This document shows, in pieces, positions 15,718-23,498 of a stretch of DNA of 23,498 nucleotides. Location: the IMG/VR virus record IMGVR_UViG_2537561944_000018. The stretch is one strand, 5' to 3'. Position 1 is the first letter of the stretch. Each line of letters starts with the position of its first letter. The DNA comes from a virus (taxonomy: Duplodnaviria; Heunggongvirae; Uroviricota; Caudoviricetes). The notes below the pieces were generated by a model. The model worked only from the letters and a program-made list of their open reading frames with translations. It did no database searches and was not told the origin of the DNA. Made by a program: the position numbers and the translations under genes.

Positions 15718-15974
15718 GAATCAACTCCCGCCGCTGCTTGTGCGTTAGCCTGATACTCAACAGGTAAACCATCGGTTGGATTAGGGTATTTATCAGGGCG
15801 CAATTCATGCGGAGTTACTCCCCAGTCAAGCGCCTCACATGCTGGTATAACCTCCTCCGCTGGCACTCGTTTTTTAAACCACCCACTTATGGTTTGCGGT
15901 GTTTTACCAAGACGACGCCCTAATTCTGATTGGCTCATTATTGACAGGATTTTCACTTGAGTACTTTTTTGCAT
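15714..15974 (-). CDS. Cro-like HTH regulator (YdaS/DicC-type), 86 aa
   Basis: ATG at 15974 with GGAGGG 4 nt upstream; HTH SQSELGRRLGKTPQTISGWFKKR; divergent from the repressor gene. Confidence 0.75.
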   Translation of the reverse strand: MQKSTQVKILSIMSQSELGRRLGKTPQTISGWFKKRVPAEEVIPACEALDWGVTPHELRPDKYPNPTDGLPVEYQANAQAAAGVDS

Positions 15975-16100
15975 GTTTCCCTCCGAACTTTACGATGACA
16001 CCGATAATTACAAATTTAAATTTAAATTTCAACTTCTATTTGTAATGCCACTTATCAATTTTTTCTGTAGGATCGCGGAACTAGTTTACGAGGGGTGGTG
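15975..16100. promoter_or_regulatory. Divergent promoter/operator region between the Cro-like and repressor genes
   Basis: Contains AATTACAAATTTAA (16006-16019) and its inverted partner ATTTGTAA (16038-16045) flanking a TTTAAATTTAAATTT repeat; candidate -35/-10 elements on both strands. Confidence 0.5.
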
Positions 16101-16493
16101 ATGATCTTTGTAAAACGCCTTCAGCAGGTGTTGCAGGAATTGAATATAAACCAGTCAGAGCTGGGAAGACGTCTTGGTGTAAAACCCCAATCCGTGCAAG
16201 GTTGGTTGAAAGGCGTGATGCCAAGAATGGATAAACTGGAAAAATTAGCAGAGCTCTCACAACATCCCGTCCATTGGTTCTTTATGGAAGAAGAAACTCT
16301 CGGCGATAAAATGGCTGTATCCAGTAATGACAACCAACCGCAACTTACAGAACAACAACGAAAAATCATATCGCTTTTAGATGAGTTACCTCAAAGCGAC
16401 GCAGAGCAGATCATTCGTGATATGGAGCAAAAACGCGATTTCTATAAACGGAAACTTGAAGAGTTACTGCGGCAGAAAAACAAAACTGCCTGA
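16101..16493 (+). CDS. DicA-like prophage repressor (HTH-XRE), 130 aa
   Basis: ATG at 16101 with AGGGG 5 nt upstream; N-terminal HTH LNINQSELGRRLGVKPQSVQGWLKG and a DicA-like C-terminus (...LPQSDAEQ...YKRKLEELL) as recalled. Confidence 0.8.
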   Translation: MIFVKRLQQVLQELNINQSELGRRLGVKPQSVQGWLKGVMPRMDKLEKLAELSQHPVHWFFMEEETLGDKMAVSSNDNQPQLTEQQRKIISLLDELPQSDAEQIIRDMEQKRDFYKRKLEELLRQKNKTA

Positions 16494-16539
16494 TGCATTC
16501 CTTTTCTGGAACGAGCATCAGGCAAATGACTAGCAGATT

Positions 16540-16898
16540 TTATAATCCAACCAGGCTTTCCAGGGGGATACCAAATTGATTATGAAGACGGCGAATCATT
16601 GGTAACGTAAGGCTTCTGGTACCATTCAACACCTCATAAACCCGATTTTTTTTCCCAATTGCGGGTTCCAAATCTTTCACAGTCAGCCCCTGCTGTTCCA
16701 TGCGAAATCTTATAGCTTCAATTGGGGATGGTGGCTCAATGGGATAATGTTTTTTTCATATTCCTCTATTAGCAAACACATCACCTCAAAAAAATCCCCC
16801 TCAGGCGTGTCAATTTCGGGCTCATTGTCGAACATGGGTTCAACAGCACGCAACGCGGCTTCATAATCTTGCTCTGTACGAATAGGTTTGATGTTCAT
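16540..16898 (-). pseudogene. higA: HigA-like antitoxin, frameshifted at an A7 tract
   Basis: The N-terminal 62-codon ORF (16898-16710) stops shortly after an A7 run (plus T7 16750-16756); the -1 frame continues through an HTH-XRE domain to TAA 16542-16540. One extra A would give a 120-aa protein. Confidence 0.65.
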
Positions 16899-16900
16899 GC

Positions 16901-17203
16901 TTACTCCAGTTCGATGGTATCAGCATCAATAGCATCGTATTCCTTGTGGTTTCCGATGAATTTAACAAATACCCATCCTCGCTGATACGCAATTGCAACA
17001 ATTAAACGGTAATGATTACCTTTTATGTTGAATACCACGCGCCGGTTTTTCAATATACTGGCCGTTCGGTATTGTGCCTTAATGTCTGCTGGGCTTTTCC
17101 AGTCAGCTTTTGCCGCCTCATCCACCCATGCCCTTAGCGGTTGTTCTGCATCAGGATTCTCCGCCCAAAAATCCCTGAGTGTTTTAACTGAGATAATCTT
17201 CAT
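16901..17203 (-). CDS. higB: HigB-family toxin (RelE/ParE superfamily), 100 aa
   Basis: ATG at 17203; ...VVFNIKGNHYRLIVAIAYQRGWVFVKFIGNHKEYD matches the E. coli HigB motif VFNVGGNELRVV...THKEYD as recalled; toxin-first order, stop 2 nt before the higA ATG. Confidence 0.75.
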   Translation of the reverse strand: MKIISVKTLRDFWAENPDAEQPLRAWVDEAAKADWKSPADIKAQYRTASILKNRRVVFNIKGNHYRLIVAIAYQRGWVFVKFIGNHKEYDAIDADTIELE

Positions 17204-17246
17204 AACTGTATAGTAGTCCCATTTTGGGACTGATGCAACAGCCCGC

Positions 17247-17300
17247 AATTACAAATTTAATAATAAACATGTTGACCAGTTAAATTTTAATTTGTAAATT
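17247..17300. promoter_or_regulatory. Second operator-like site with candidate rightward promoter (PdicB-like) upstream of higB
   Basis: Exact 14-mer AATTACAAATTTAA (17247-17260) plus inverted ATTTGTAA (17290-17297); plus-strand TTGACC (17272-17277), 17-bp spacer, TAAATT (17295-17300). Confidence 0.45.
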
Positions 17301-17616
17301 GTATCCATAAACCCACCCCGCCCCACAGAACGCAGGGCAATACTTCGAGTTACCCGGCAGTGGTCAGGGGTTAAGTAGCCAGCCTGAGGCGTATGAACAT
17401 GACGGCGGGGATTACGTTTAACTATGCAGCAGGTTTTTTGTTCCGCTACCCCGGCGTTAAGGGGAAACAGAGGATTTCTCAGTGGGCGAAGTCAAACATC
17501 AGAATGGAAGGCATCCAGGGATCAGCAAAGAAACAGCGATGGCGCTTTATATTGATATCAGCGCCATTGCCGGACAGGTAAGAATTATCAGAGCGGTAAC
17601 TAAGCGGTATGCGCCT

Positions 17617-17817
17617 TTACTTCAGAAAGTCTCTGGTGAGTGCACCGAAGATATTGTCAACGATTTCGTCATCAAACTGCGAGGACTCATCTTCAGTTAC
17701 AAGGTGACCACAATTTTTGCAGATGGCTCCCGCGAAACTGTCAGAGCCATGCGGTTTAAAGGATGTGTCAAAGACTTCGCCACCACATACTGGGCAAGAA
17801 AACTTGATTGTATTCAT
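17617..17817 (-). CDS. Small zinc-ribbon protein (CxxC-N20-CxxC), 66 aa
   Basis: ATG at 17817 with GAGAGGAA 7 nt upstream; CPVCGG...CKNCGH. It lies antisense to a 118-codon plus-strand ORF (17482-17838), so the call is uncertain. Confidence 0.45.
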   Translation of the reverse strand: MNTIKFSCPVCGGEVFDTSFKPHGSDSFAGAICKNCGHLVTEDESSQFDDEIVDNIFGALTRDFLK

Positions 17818-17909
17818 AACCAATTTCCTCTCGAGTAACAGACCCCTCAGAGGATACCACCTCGCCTGACGTGGTTAAAAGCAGGCAGCGCTAACCACAA
17901 GGAGCCGAC

Positions 17910-18128
17910 ATGCAGAAACGAGAACCCGTCATCATCGCGCCAGACTATACCGATGATGAACTTTATGAGTGGATGCACCAGAAAATTAAGGCAGCGCAGG
18001 ACCTGAAATGGGCCAATGAAGCCAGGGCTAAGCAGGCTGAAAATCTGTCCGCTCTGGAGCAGGATATCACCAATCTGGAAAAAGCAGCGGCATTAAGCAT
18101 TGCCAGAATGATTACATACCCGCGTTAA
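17910..18128 (+). CDS. YdfC-like small protein, 72 aa (assigned by position and length only)
   Basis: ATG at 17910 with AAGGAG 5 nt upstream; sits immediately upstream of dicF as ydfC does in Qin. Confidence 0.65.
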   Translation: MQKREPVIIAPDYTDDELYEWMHQKIKAAQDLKWANEARAKQAENLSALEQDITNLEKAAALSIARMITYPR

Positions 18129-18468
18129 TAGCTAACCAACGAAGCTAAGGTTGGTAATTAAGGAGTTCTCCACGGGTGAGGTGGAGTGCGTGCGCCGGAC
18201 ACGGGTGAGCATCCGGCACTGACAGTTTACTGAAAGGATATTCCCTGAAAAGTCAGACCATAACGCGAAAGCGCACGGCGAGGTAGCTGGTTCATAGATA
18301 GCCTGTCGTTAAATTTTCGTCGACCGTGCGCTTCCGGTTGTGGCAATCCGCGAAATGGCGCGGCGGTAAGTATGGCGGGGTTATTCCTTCCCCAGTTGAG
18401 GACACCGGGTTGTCAGGTTGACCATACGCTTAAGTGACAACCCCGCTGCAACGCCCTCTGTTATCAAT

Positions 18469-18526
18469 TTTCTGGTGACGTTTGGCGGTATCAGTTTTAC
18501 TCCGTGGCTGCTCTGCCGCCCTTTTT
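18469..18526 (+). ncRNA. dicF: DicF small regulatory RNA with its U-tail terminator
   Basis: TTTCTGGTGACGTTTGGCGGTATCAGTTTTACTCCGTGGCTGCTCTGCCGCCC followed by T5; matches the DicF sequence as recalled, with one apparent A-to-G difference; lies just upstream of the dicB homologue. Confidence 0.8.
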
Positions 18527-18695
18527 AAAGTGAATTTTGTGATGCGGTGAATGCGGCTCAGCGCACGCGGAACAGTTAAAACCAAAAACAGTGTTATGGG
18601 TGGATTCTCTGTATCCGGCGTTAATTGTTAACTGGTTAACGTCACCTGGAGGCACCAGGCACCGCATCACAAAATTCATTGTTGAGGACGCGATA

Positions 18696-18884
18696 ATGGA
18701 AACGTTATTACCAAACGTTAATACGTCTGAAGGTTGTTTTGATATTGGTGTTCTGCTCAGTAACCGGGAGTTTACTGAAGATGCCATTAATATGAGGAAA
18801 TATGAGCCTTATCTGCTCAATGATAATTCCATACTTTCCCGAATTGCTCTTCTTGAACTTGGTATTTTCGGAGAACGTCAATGA
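18696..18884 (+). CDS. dicB: DicB-like cell-division inhibitor, 62 aa
   Basis: ATG at 18696 with GAGGA 7 nt upstream; METLLPNVNTSEGCFDIGV... matches the DicB N-terminus as recalled; same 62-aa length. Confidence 0.8.
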   Translation: METLLPNVNTSEGCFDIGVLLSNREFTEDAINMRKYEPYLLNDNSILSRIALLELGIFGERQ

Positions 18885-19069
18885 CTTCAGCATTTGCACT
18901 GATGATGACGGTTTTTCTTATAACGGGTGAATCACAGAATGTGATTACCGGAATTTATGCCAGTAAAGAATCCTGCCTCCAGGCAAGAGACGAGCAAAAA
19001 ATTTCTGGTGAATGCCTCCCGGTAAAAAAAGTATCGCTGTACCTGAATAACGAAACACCGGCTGGATAA
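18881..19069 (+). CDS. YdfD-like small lysis-associated membrane protein, 62 aa
   Basis: ATG overlaps the dicB stop (ATGA); N-terminal hydrophobic helix MTSAFALMMTVFLITG and ...EQKISGECLPVKKV resemble YdfD as recalled. Confidence 0.7.
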   Translation: MTSAFALMMTVFLITGESQNVITGIYASKESCLQARDEQKISGECLPVKKVSLYLNNETPAG

Positions 19070-19163
19070 CCCTCCAGCCATATTAACACCATACCAACGG
19101 ATTAAAAATGCCAGCAATGGCAGGGATTCGTTCACCCTGAAATCTGTAATGAGGTAAAACAAA

Positions 19164-21083
19164 ATGAGTAAAGTCTTTATTTGCGCCGCCATTCCGGACG
19201 AACAGGCAATAAAGGAAGAAGGTGCAGTCGCTGTAGCCACTGCCATTGAAGCCGGTGATGAACGTCGCGCCCGCGCAAAATTTCACTGGCAATTCCTGGA
19301 ACATTATCCGGCTGCTCAGGACTGCGCTTATAAATTTCTTGTTTGCGAGGATAAACCCGGTATTCCCCGCCCTGCCCTCGATTCCTGGGATGCTGAATAT
19401 ATGCAGGAAAACCGCTGGGATGAGGAGTCTGCTTCCTTTGTCCCGGTTGAGACTGAATCAGATCCGATAAACGTCACTTTTGACAAGCTGGCCCCTGAAG
19501 TACAGAACGCTGTCATGGTTAAGTTCGACACATGTGAAAACATCACCGTTGATATGGTGATTAGCGCGCAGGAACTGTTGCAGGAAGACATGGCAACATT
19601 CGACGGACATATCGTTGAAGCGTTGATGAAAATGCCAGAAGTTAACGCCATGTATCCGGAGCTTAAGCTGCATGCCATCGGGTGGGTTAAGCATAAATGT
19701 AAGCCAGGTGCCAAATGGCCCGAAATTCAGGCAGAGATGCGCATCTGGAAAAAACGTCGCGAAGGTGAACGCAAGGAAACCGGAAAATACACGTCTGTTG
19801 TTGATCTCGCCCGCGCCAGAGCCAATCAACAGCACACTGAAAATTCAACAGGAAAAATCAGCCCGGTCATTGCTGCCATTCATCGCGAATACAAGCAGAC
19901 ATGGAAAACACTGGATGACGAACTGGCCTACGCTCTCTGGCCTGGTGATGTGGATGCCGGAAACATTGACGGCAGCATCCATCGCTGGGCAAAAAATGAA
20001 GTTATCGACAACGACCGCGAAGACTGGAAGCGTATCTCGGCATCAATGCGCAAACAGCCTGATGCCCTTCGCTACGACCGCCAGACTATTTTTGGCCTTG
20101 TCCGTGAACGTCCGATCGACATTCACAAAGACCCTGTGGCACTGAACAAATACATTACTGAATACCTGACTACAAAGGGCGTGTTTGAAGATGAAGGAAC
20201 AAATCAGAGCGCAACTGATACTCTCTCGTCGCCAGTACCAGAAACTGATGCAGTGGAAACGGCAATTCCGGACAACGAAAAAACCGAATGCAAAGTGGAA
20301 GTCGAACCATCTGTAGAGCGTGAGGGGCCGTTCTACTTCCTCTTCACCGACAAGGATGGCGAAAAATACGGTCGCGCAAACAAACTTTCTGGTCTGGATA
20401 AGGCACTGGCTGCCGGGGCTACTGAAATCACGAAAGAAGAATATCTTGCCCGCAAAAACGGAACATACACGGACTTACCGCAAAATGTGGATACCGCTGA
20501 AGATTCCGTACAACCGGAGCCGGTAAAAGTTACCGCTGACGAAGTAAACAAAATTATGCAGGCAGCCAATATCAGCCAGCCTGACGCCGATAAATTGCTT
20601 GCTGCATCACGTGGTGAATTTGTTGAAGGGATTAGCGATCCGAATGATCCGAAATGGGTGAAGGGGATTGAAACCTGCGATTCTGTGAACCAGAACCAGC
20701 AAGAATCGGAACAGAACGACCAGAAAACGGAACAAAACAGCCCAAATGCGCAACAAAACGAGCCAGAAACGAAACAGGAGCCGGAAAAAGCCTGCACCGC
20801 CTGCGGTCAGACCGGCGGCGGTAGCTGCCCTGATTGTGGTGCGGTGATAAGTGACGCAACATACCAGGAAATATTCGATGAAGAGAATCAGCCTGAAGTT
20901 CAGGAAAATGATCCGGAGGAAATGGAAGGCACTGCGCATCAGCACAAGGAGAACACTGGCGGCAATCAGCATCATGCCAGCGATAGTGAAACTGGCGAGG
21001 CGTCAGATCCCTTAATTAAGGCGAACGGTCATCATAATCTCACATCACCAGCAGAGCGGGATTCATCTGATGATCGACCTTGA
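19164..21083 (+). CDS. Large YdfE-like protein of unknown function, 639 aa, acidic Q/E/N-rich C-terminus with a Cys4 motif
   Basis: ATG at 19164 with GAGGT upstream; CTACGQTGGGSCPDCG near the C-terminus; occupies the ydfE position after ydfD; no enzymatic motif recognised. Confidence 0.7.
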   Translation: MSKVFICAAIPDEQAIKEEGAVAVATAIEAGDERRARAKFHWQFLEHYPAAQDCAYKFLVCEDKPGIPRPALDSWDAEYMQENRWDEESASFVPVETESDPINVTFDKLAPEVQNAVMVKFDTCENITVDMVISAQELLQEDMATFDGHIVEALMKMPEVNAMYPELKLHAIGWVKHKCKPGAKWPEIQAEMRIWKKRREGERKETGKYTSVVDLARARANQQHTENSTGKISPVIAAIHREYKQTWKTLDDELAYALWPGDVDAGNIDGSIHRWAKNEVIDNDREDWKRISASMRKQPDALRYDRQTIFGLVRERPIDIHKDPVALNKYITEYLTTKGVFEDEGTNQSATDTLSSPVPETDAVETAIPDNEKTECKVEVEPSVEREGPFYFLFTDKDGEKYGRANKLSGLDKALAAGATEITKEEYLARKNGTYTDLPQNVDTAEDSVQPEPVKVTADEVNKIMQAANISQPDADKLLAASRGEFVEGISDPNDPKWVKGIETCDSVNQNQQESEQNDQKTEQNSPNAQQNEPETKQEPEKACTACGQTGGGSCPDCGAVISDATYQEIFDEENQPEVQENDPEEMEGTAHQHKENTGGNQHHASDSETGEASDPLIKANGHHNLTSPAERDSSDDRP

Positions 21084-21612
21084 AACCATGGGAAAAAATC
21101 CTGATGCCCCGATTATCTCAATAGGTGCAATATTTTTCGATCCGCAAACCGGAGAGATGGGGCCAGAATTCAGCAAAACTATCGATCTGGAAACTGCTGG
21201 CGGAGTCATTGATCGGGACACCATTAAGTGGTGGCTGAAACAGTCACGCGAAGCGCAATCCGCCATTCTTACCGATGAAATCCCGTTAGATGATGCACTG
21301 CTGCAATTACGGGAATTTATCGACGAAAACTCCGGTGAATTTTTTGTTCAGGTCTGGGGTAACGGTGCAACTTTCGACAACGTGATTTTACGCCGTTCAT
21401 ATGAACGGCAGGGGATCCCCTGCCCGTGGCGTTACACCAATGATCGCGATGTAAGAACGATGGTTGCTCTGGGACTGGTGATGGATTTCGACGCAAGAAC
21501 GACTATTCCATTCGAAGGTGAACGCCATAACGCTCTGAACGATGCACGTTACCAGGCGAAATACGTTTCAGCCATCTGGCAAAAACTGCTCCCGAGTCAG
21601 GCTGATTTTTGA
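21070..21612 (+). CDS. DEDDh-family (DnaQ-like) 3'-5' exonuclease, 180 aa
   Basis: Exo motifs IDLETMG, WGNGATFD and HNALNDARY; start overlaps the upstream gene by 14 nt. Confidence 0.8.
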   Translation: MIDLETMGKNPDAPIISIGAIFFDPQTGEMGPEFSKTIDLETAGGVIDRDTIKWWLKQSREAQSAILTDEIPLDDALLQLREFIDENSGEFFVQVWGNGATFDNVILRRSYERQGIPCPWRYTNDRDVRTMVALGLVMDFDARTTIPFEGERHNALNDARYQAKYVSAIWQKLLPSQADF

Positions 21613-21679
21613 TGTTCAACCCATATCGCCGCCCACCAGCTATAGTGGCGGCGGTCATGCTGTAAAGGCACGTGACCAC

Positions 21680-21922
21680 ATGTACGAATTAACTCTATCT
21701 CCAGCAGAGATTAAAGAGATCACGAAATACGAGCGATACACAAAACAGCAACACCAGTTAAGACTGCACGGCATCCCATTTGTAATCGGCCCTAAAAACG
21801 AACCCATAGTTCTCCGCAGGGATATTCCACACGGTCTGACAACGATGCCAAAAACATCTGAACTGGTTTCTGCTGAACCCGATTTTGAGGCGCTGAACAA
21901 TGGGAAGACCAAGAAAAAATAA
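21680..21922 (+). CDS. xis: Excisionase-like protein, about 80 aa
   Basis: Internal ATG at 21680; resembles lambda Xis in size and position; 3' end overlaps the int start by 23 nt. Start signals are weak. Confidence 0.55.
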   Translation: MYELTLSPAEIKEITKYERYTKQQHQLRLHGIPFVIGPKNEPIVLRRDIPHGLTTMPKTSELVSAEPDFEALNNGKTKKK

Positions 21923-22277
21923 AAAAGATAATGTACTGCCACCGCGGGTTAGATCGAATGGTTACAGTTACGTGTGGAAACCCGAAGGAAGTACAAGAAG
22001 TATAGGGCTAGGAAGAGTGCGGAAAACCAGCGTAGCTAAAGTCTGGCAAAATTATGAACTGGAAAAAGCAAAACTCCACAACATAATGACCGTAGCTAAA
22101 TTATGGCACATGTTTATGGACTCCCCTGCATTTACAGAACTGGCCCCCCGAACCCAAAAAGATTATCGACAACATCAGAAGGCGTTGCTGATGGTATTCG
22201 GAAAAGTGCTTGCTGATAATGTCAAAACTGAGCAGGTAAGAATTTTCATGGATAAACGAGGGCTTGAGAGCAAGTGA
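21900..22277 (+). pseudogene. int: Tyrosine integrase N-terminal fragment (125 codons), truncated by IS insertion
   Basis: MGRPRKNKKDNVLPPRVRSNGYSYVWKPEGSTRSIGLGR matches the lambda-Int arm-binding N-terminus; the frame ends at TGA 22275-22277, the first 3 nt of the IS terminal repeat. Confidence 0.75.
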
Positions 22278-22316
22278 ACCGCCCCGGGTTTCCTGGAGAG
22301 TATTTTATCTGTGAAC

Positions 22317-23207
22317 TCAGGCTGCCAGATCATTATTTCCGATGGAAGCATAATAAGCTTTTTCTGCTTCTGCCGGAGGAATATGGCCCAGCCTTTCCAG
22401 CAATCGTCGATTGTTATACCAGTCCACCCACGTTAGTGTGGCCAGTTCCACTTCTGTCCGGTTTTTCCAGCTATTACGGTGTATTACCTCCGCTTTGTAA
22501 AGACCATTGATGCTCTCAGCCATCGCGTTGTCATACGAGTCGCCAGTACTCCCTGTTGATGCCAGTAATCCGGCTTCCTTAAGCCGCTGCGTGTAGGCCA
22601 GCGATACATACTGAGAACCTTTATCACTGTGATGGATTGTGCCGGACGGCCGACGGGCCCACAACGCCTGCTCCAGTGCATCCAGCACGAATGTTGTTTC
22701 CATGGATGATGAGACCTGCCATCCCACGATGTATCCGGCGAACACATCAATGATAAACGCCACATAAACGAAGCCCTGCCATGTGCTGACCCAAGTAAAA
22801 TCAGCCACCCACAACTGGTCTGGACGTTCTGCCACGAACTGACGGTTTACGCGGTCGCATGCGGCAACGGCTTTCCGGCTGACGGTAGTGCGGACCTTTT
22901 TACCCCGGAGAACACCGGCAAGCCCCATAACTGCCATGAGACGTGCCACAGTGCATCTGGCCACTCTGATACCTTCCCGTAACAACTGACGCCAGACTTT
23001 ACGCACACCGTATACCTGGTGATTTTCATCGTATACGCGCTGTATCTCTTTCTTCAGCCAGTCATCGTGCTGCGCACGGGCACTGCGTTTATCCGGATGA
23101 TGTCGCTGTTGCTGACAATGGTAATACGTTGACGGGGCAATATGCAGTTCGCTGCATACCGGTCCGACCCCGTACTGCTCACGCAGCTTATCCAGCAGTG
23201 GCATCAT
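22317..23207 (-). CDS. IS629-like transposase OrfB (DDE), about 296 aa from MMPLL
   Basis: DDE/rve motifs (...HHSDKGSQY...YDNAMAES...); the frame stays open upstream to 23297, overlapping orfA for frameshift fusion. Confidence 0.75.
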   Translation of the reverse strand: MMPLLDKLREQYGVGPVCSELHIAPSTYYHCQQQRHHPDKRSARAQHDDWLKKEIQRVYDENHQVYGVRKVWRQLLREGIRVARCTVARLMAVMGLAGVLRGKKVRTTVSRKAVAACDRVNRQFVAERPDQLWVADFTWVSTWQGFVYVAFIIDVFAGYIVGWQVSSSMETTFVLDALEQALWARRPSGTIHHSDKGSQYVSLAYTQRLKEAGLLASTGSTGDSYDNAMAESINGLYKAEVIHRNSWKNRTEVELATLTWVDWYNNRRLLERLGHIPPAEAEKAYYASIGNNDLAA

Positions 23208-23498
23208 TTTTCCAGAGGCGGTCGAACTCCGCCTTCGCAAAATAAGCGGAAGCCTGGCGAAGGATATCGTTACTGCGGCGCAGTTCACGATTTTCACGTT
23301 CCAGCTCTTTCAGACGCTGACGTTCAGCACTGGTGAGCCCACCATCACCGCCCCCGGTATCCCGCTCATGCTGGCGAACCCAGACACGCAGAGTCTCCGG
23401 CGTACAGCCAATCTTTGGGGCAATGGAACAAATTGCCGCCCACTGTGAGTCATATTCATCCTGACTTTCCAGAACCATACGAATCGCCCGCTGACGGA
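23188..23498 (-). CDS. IS629-like transposase OrfA, 5'-partial (start lies beyond the window)
   Basis: ...[39 protein letters not shown]...[26 protein letters not shown]; HTH and leucine-zipper region of IS3-family OrfA. Confidence 0.75.
   Translation of the reverse strand, partial: RQRAIRMVLESQDEYDSQWAAICSIAPKIGCTPETLRVWVRQHERDTGGGDGGLTSAERQRLKELERENRELRRSNDILRQASAYFAKAEFDRLWKNDATAG

Larger units (their letters stand above)
22275..23498 (-). mobile_element. IS3-family element, IS629-like, partial (runs off the window end)
   Basis: Terminal sequence TGAACCGCCCCGGGTTTCCTGGAGAG at 22275; orfB then orfA on the minus strand, orfA resembling IS629 OrfA as recalled. Confidence 0.75.

Noticed and set aside
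18129-18695. A 570-bp stretch free of ORFs of 60 codons or more, with several inverted repeats, considered as a retron ncRNA or other novel structured RNA locus
   Set aside because: Its 3' part matches the known DicF sRNA and the flanking genes match ydfC/dicB/ydfD; there is no reverse transcriptase gene nearby.
19083-20975. Minus-strand ORFs 19083-19304, 19328-19714, 19458-19835, 20333-20797, 20607-20975, 20632-20862
   Set aside because: All antisense to the 639-aa gene and its upstream region; low-complexity translations.

Overview
The window is almost entirely the early/regulatory half of a Qin/Rac-like lambdoid prophage (Escherichia-type host), lying in inverted orientation. From right to left: an integrase fragment truncated by an IS629-like element, xis, a DEDDh exonuclease, a 639-aa YdfE-like protein, ydfD/dicB homologues and the dicF sRNA; a DicA-like repressor divergent from a Cro/YdaS-like gene; then on the minus strand ydaT-like, O-like (DUF1376) and P-like replication genes, a long nin-like array of small translationally coupled genes (two Ea22-like paralogs, DUF4406, HNH endonuclease), DUF968 (ydfU-like), rusA, a Q-like antiterminator with a tR'-like terminator, an AppY/AraC-family regulator, three phage tRNAs (Ile2-CAU, Arg-UCG, Arg-UCU), a TerB-like protein and a NanS-p-type sialate O-acetylesterase. 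Accessory cargo: two type II toxin-antitoxin modules (higBA-like with a frameshifted antitoxin; parDE-like), an IS600-like insertion with a 3-bp CCG target duplication splitting a gene, and repeated intergenic RNA-structure motifs. No stx genes, CRISPR array or rRNA were seen. All protein family calls are from recalled motifs and synteny, not from database searches; coordinates of non-ORF features were counted by hand against ORF-track anchors.
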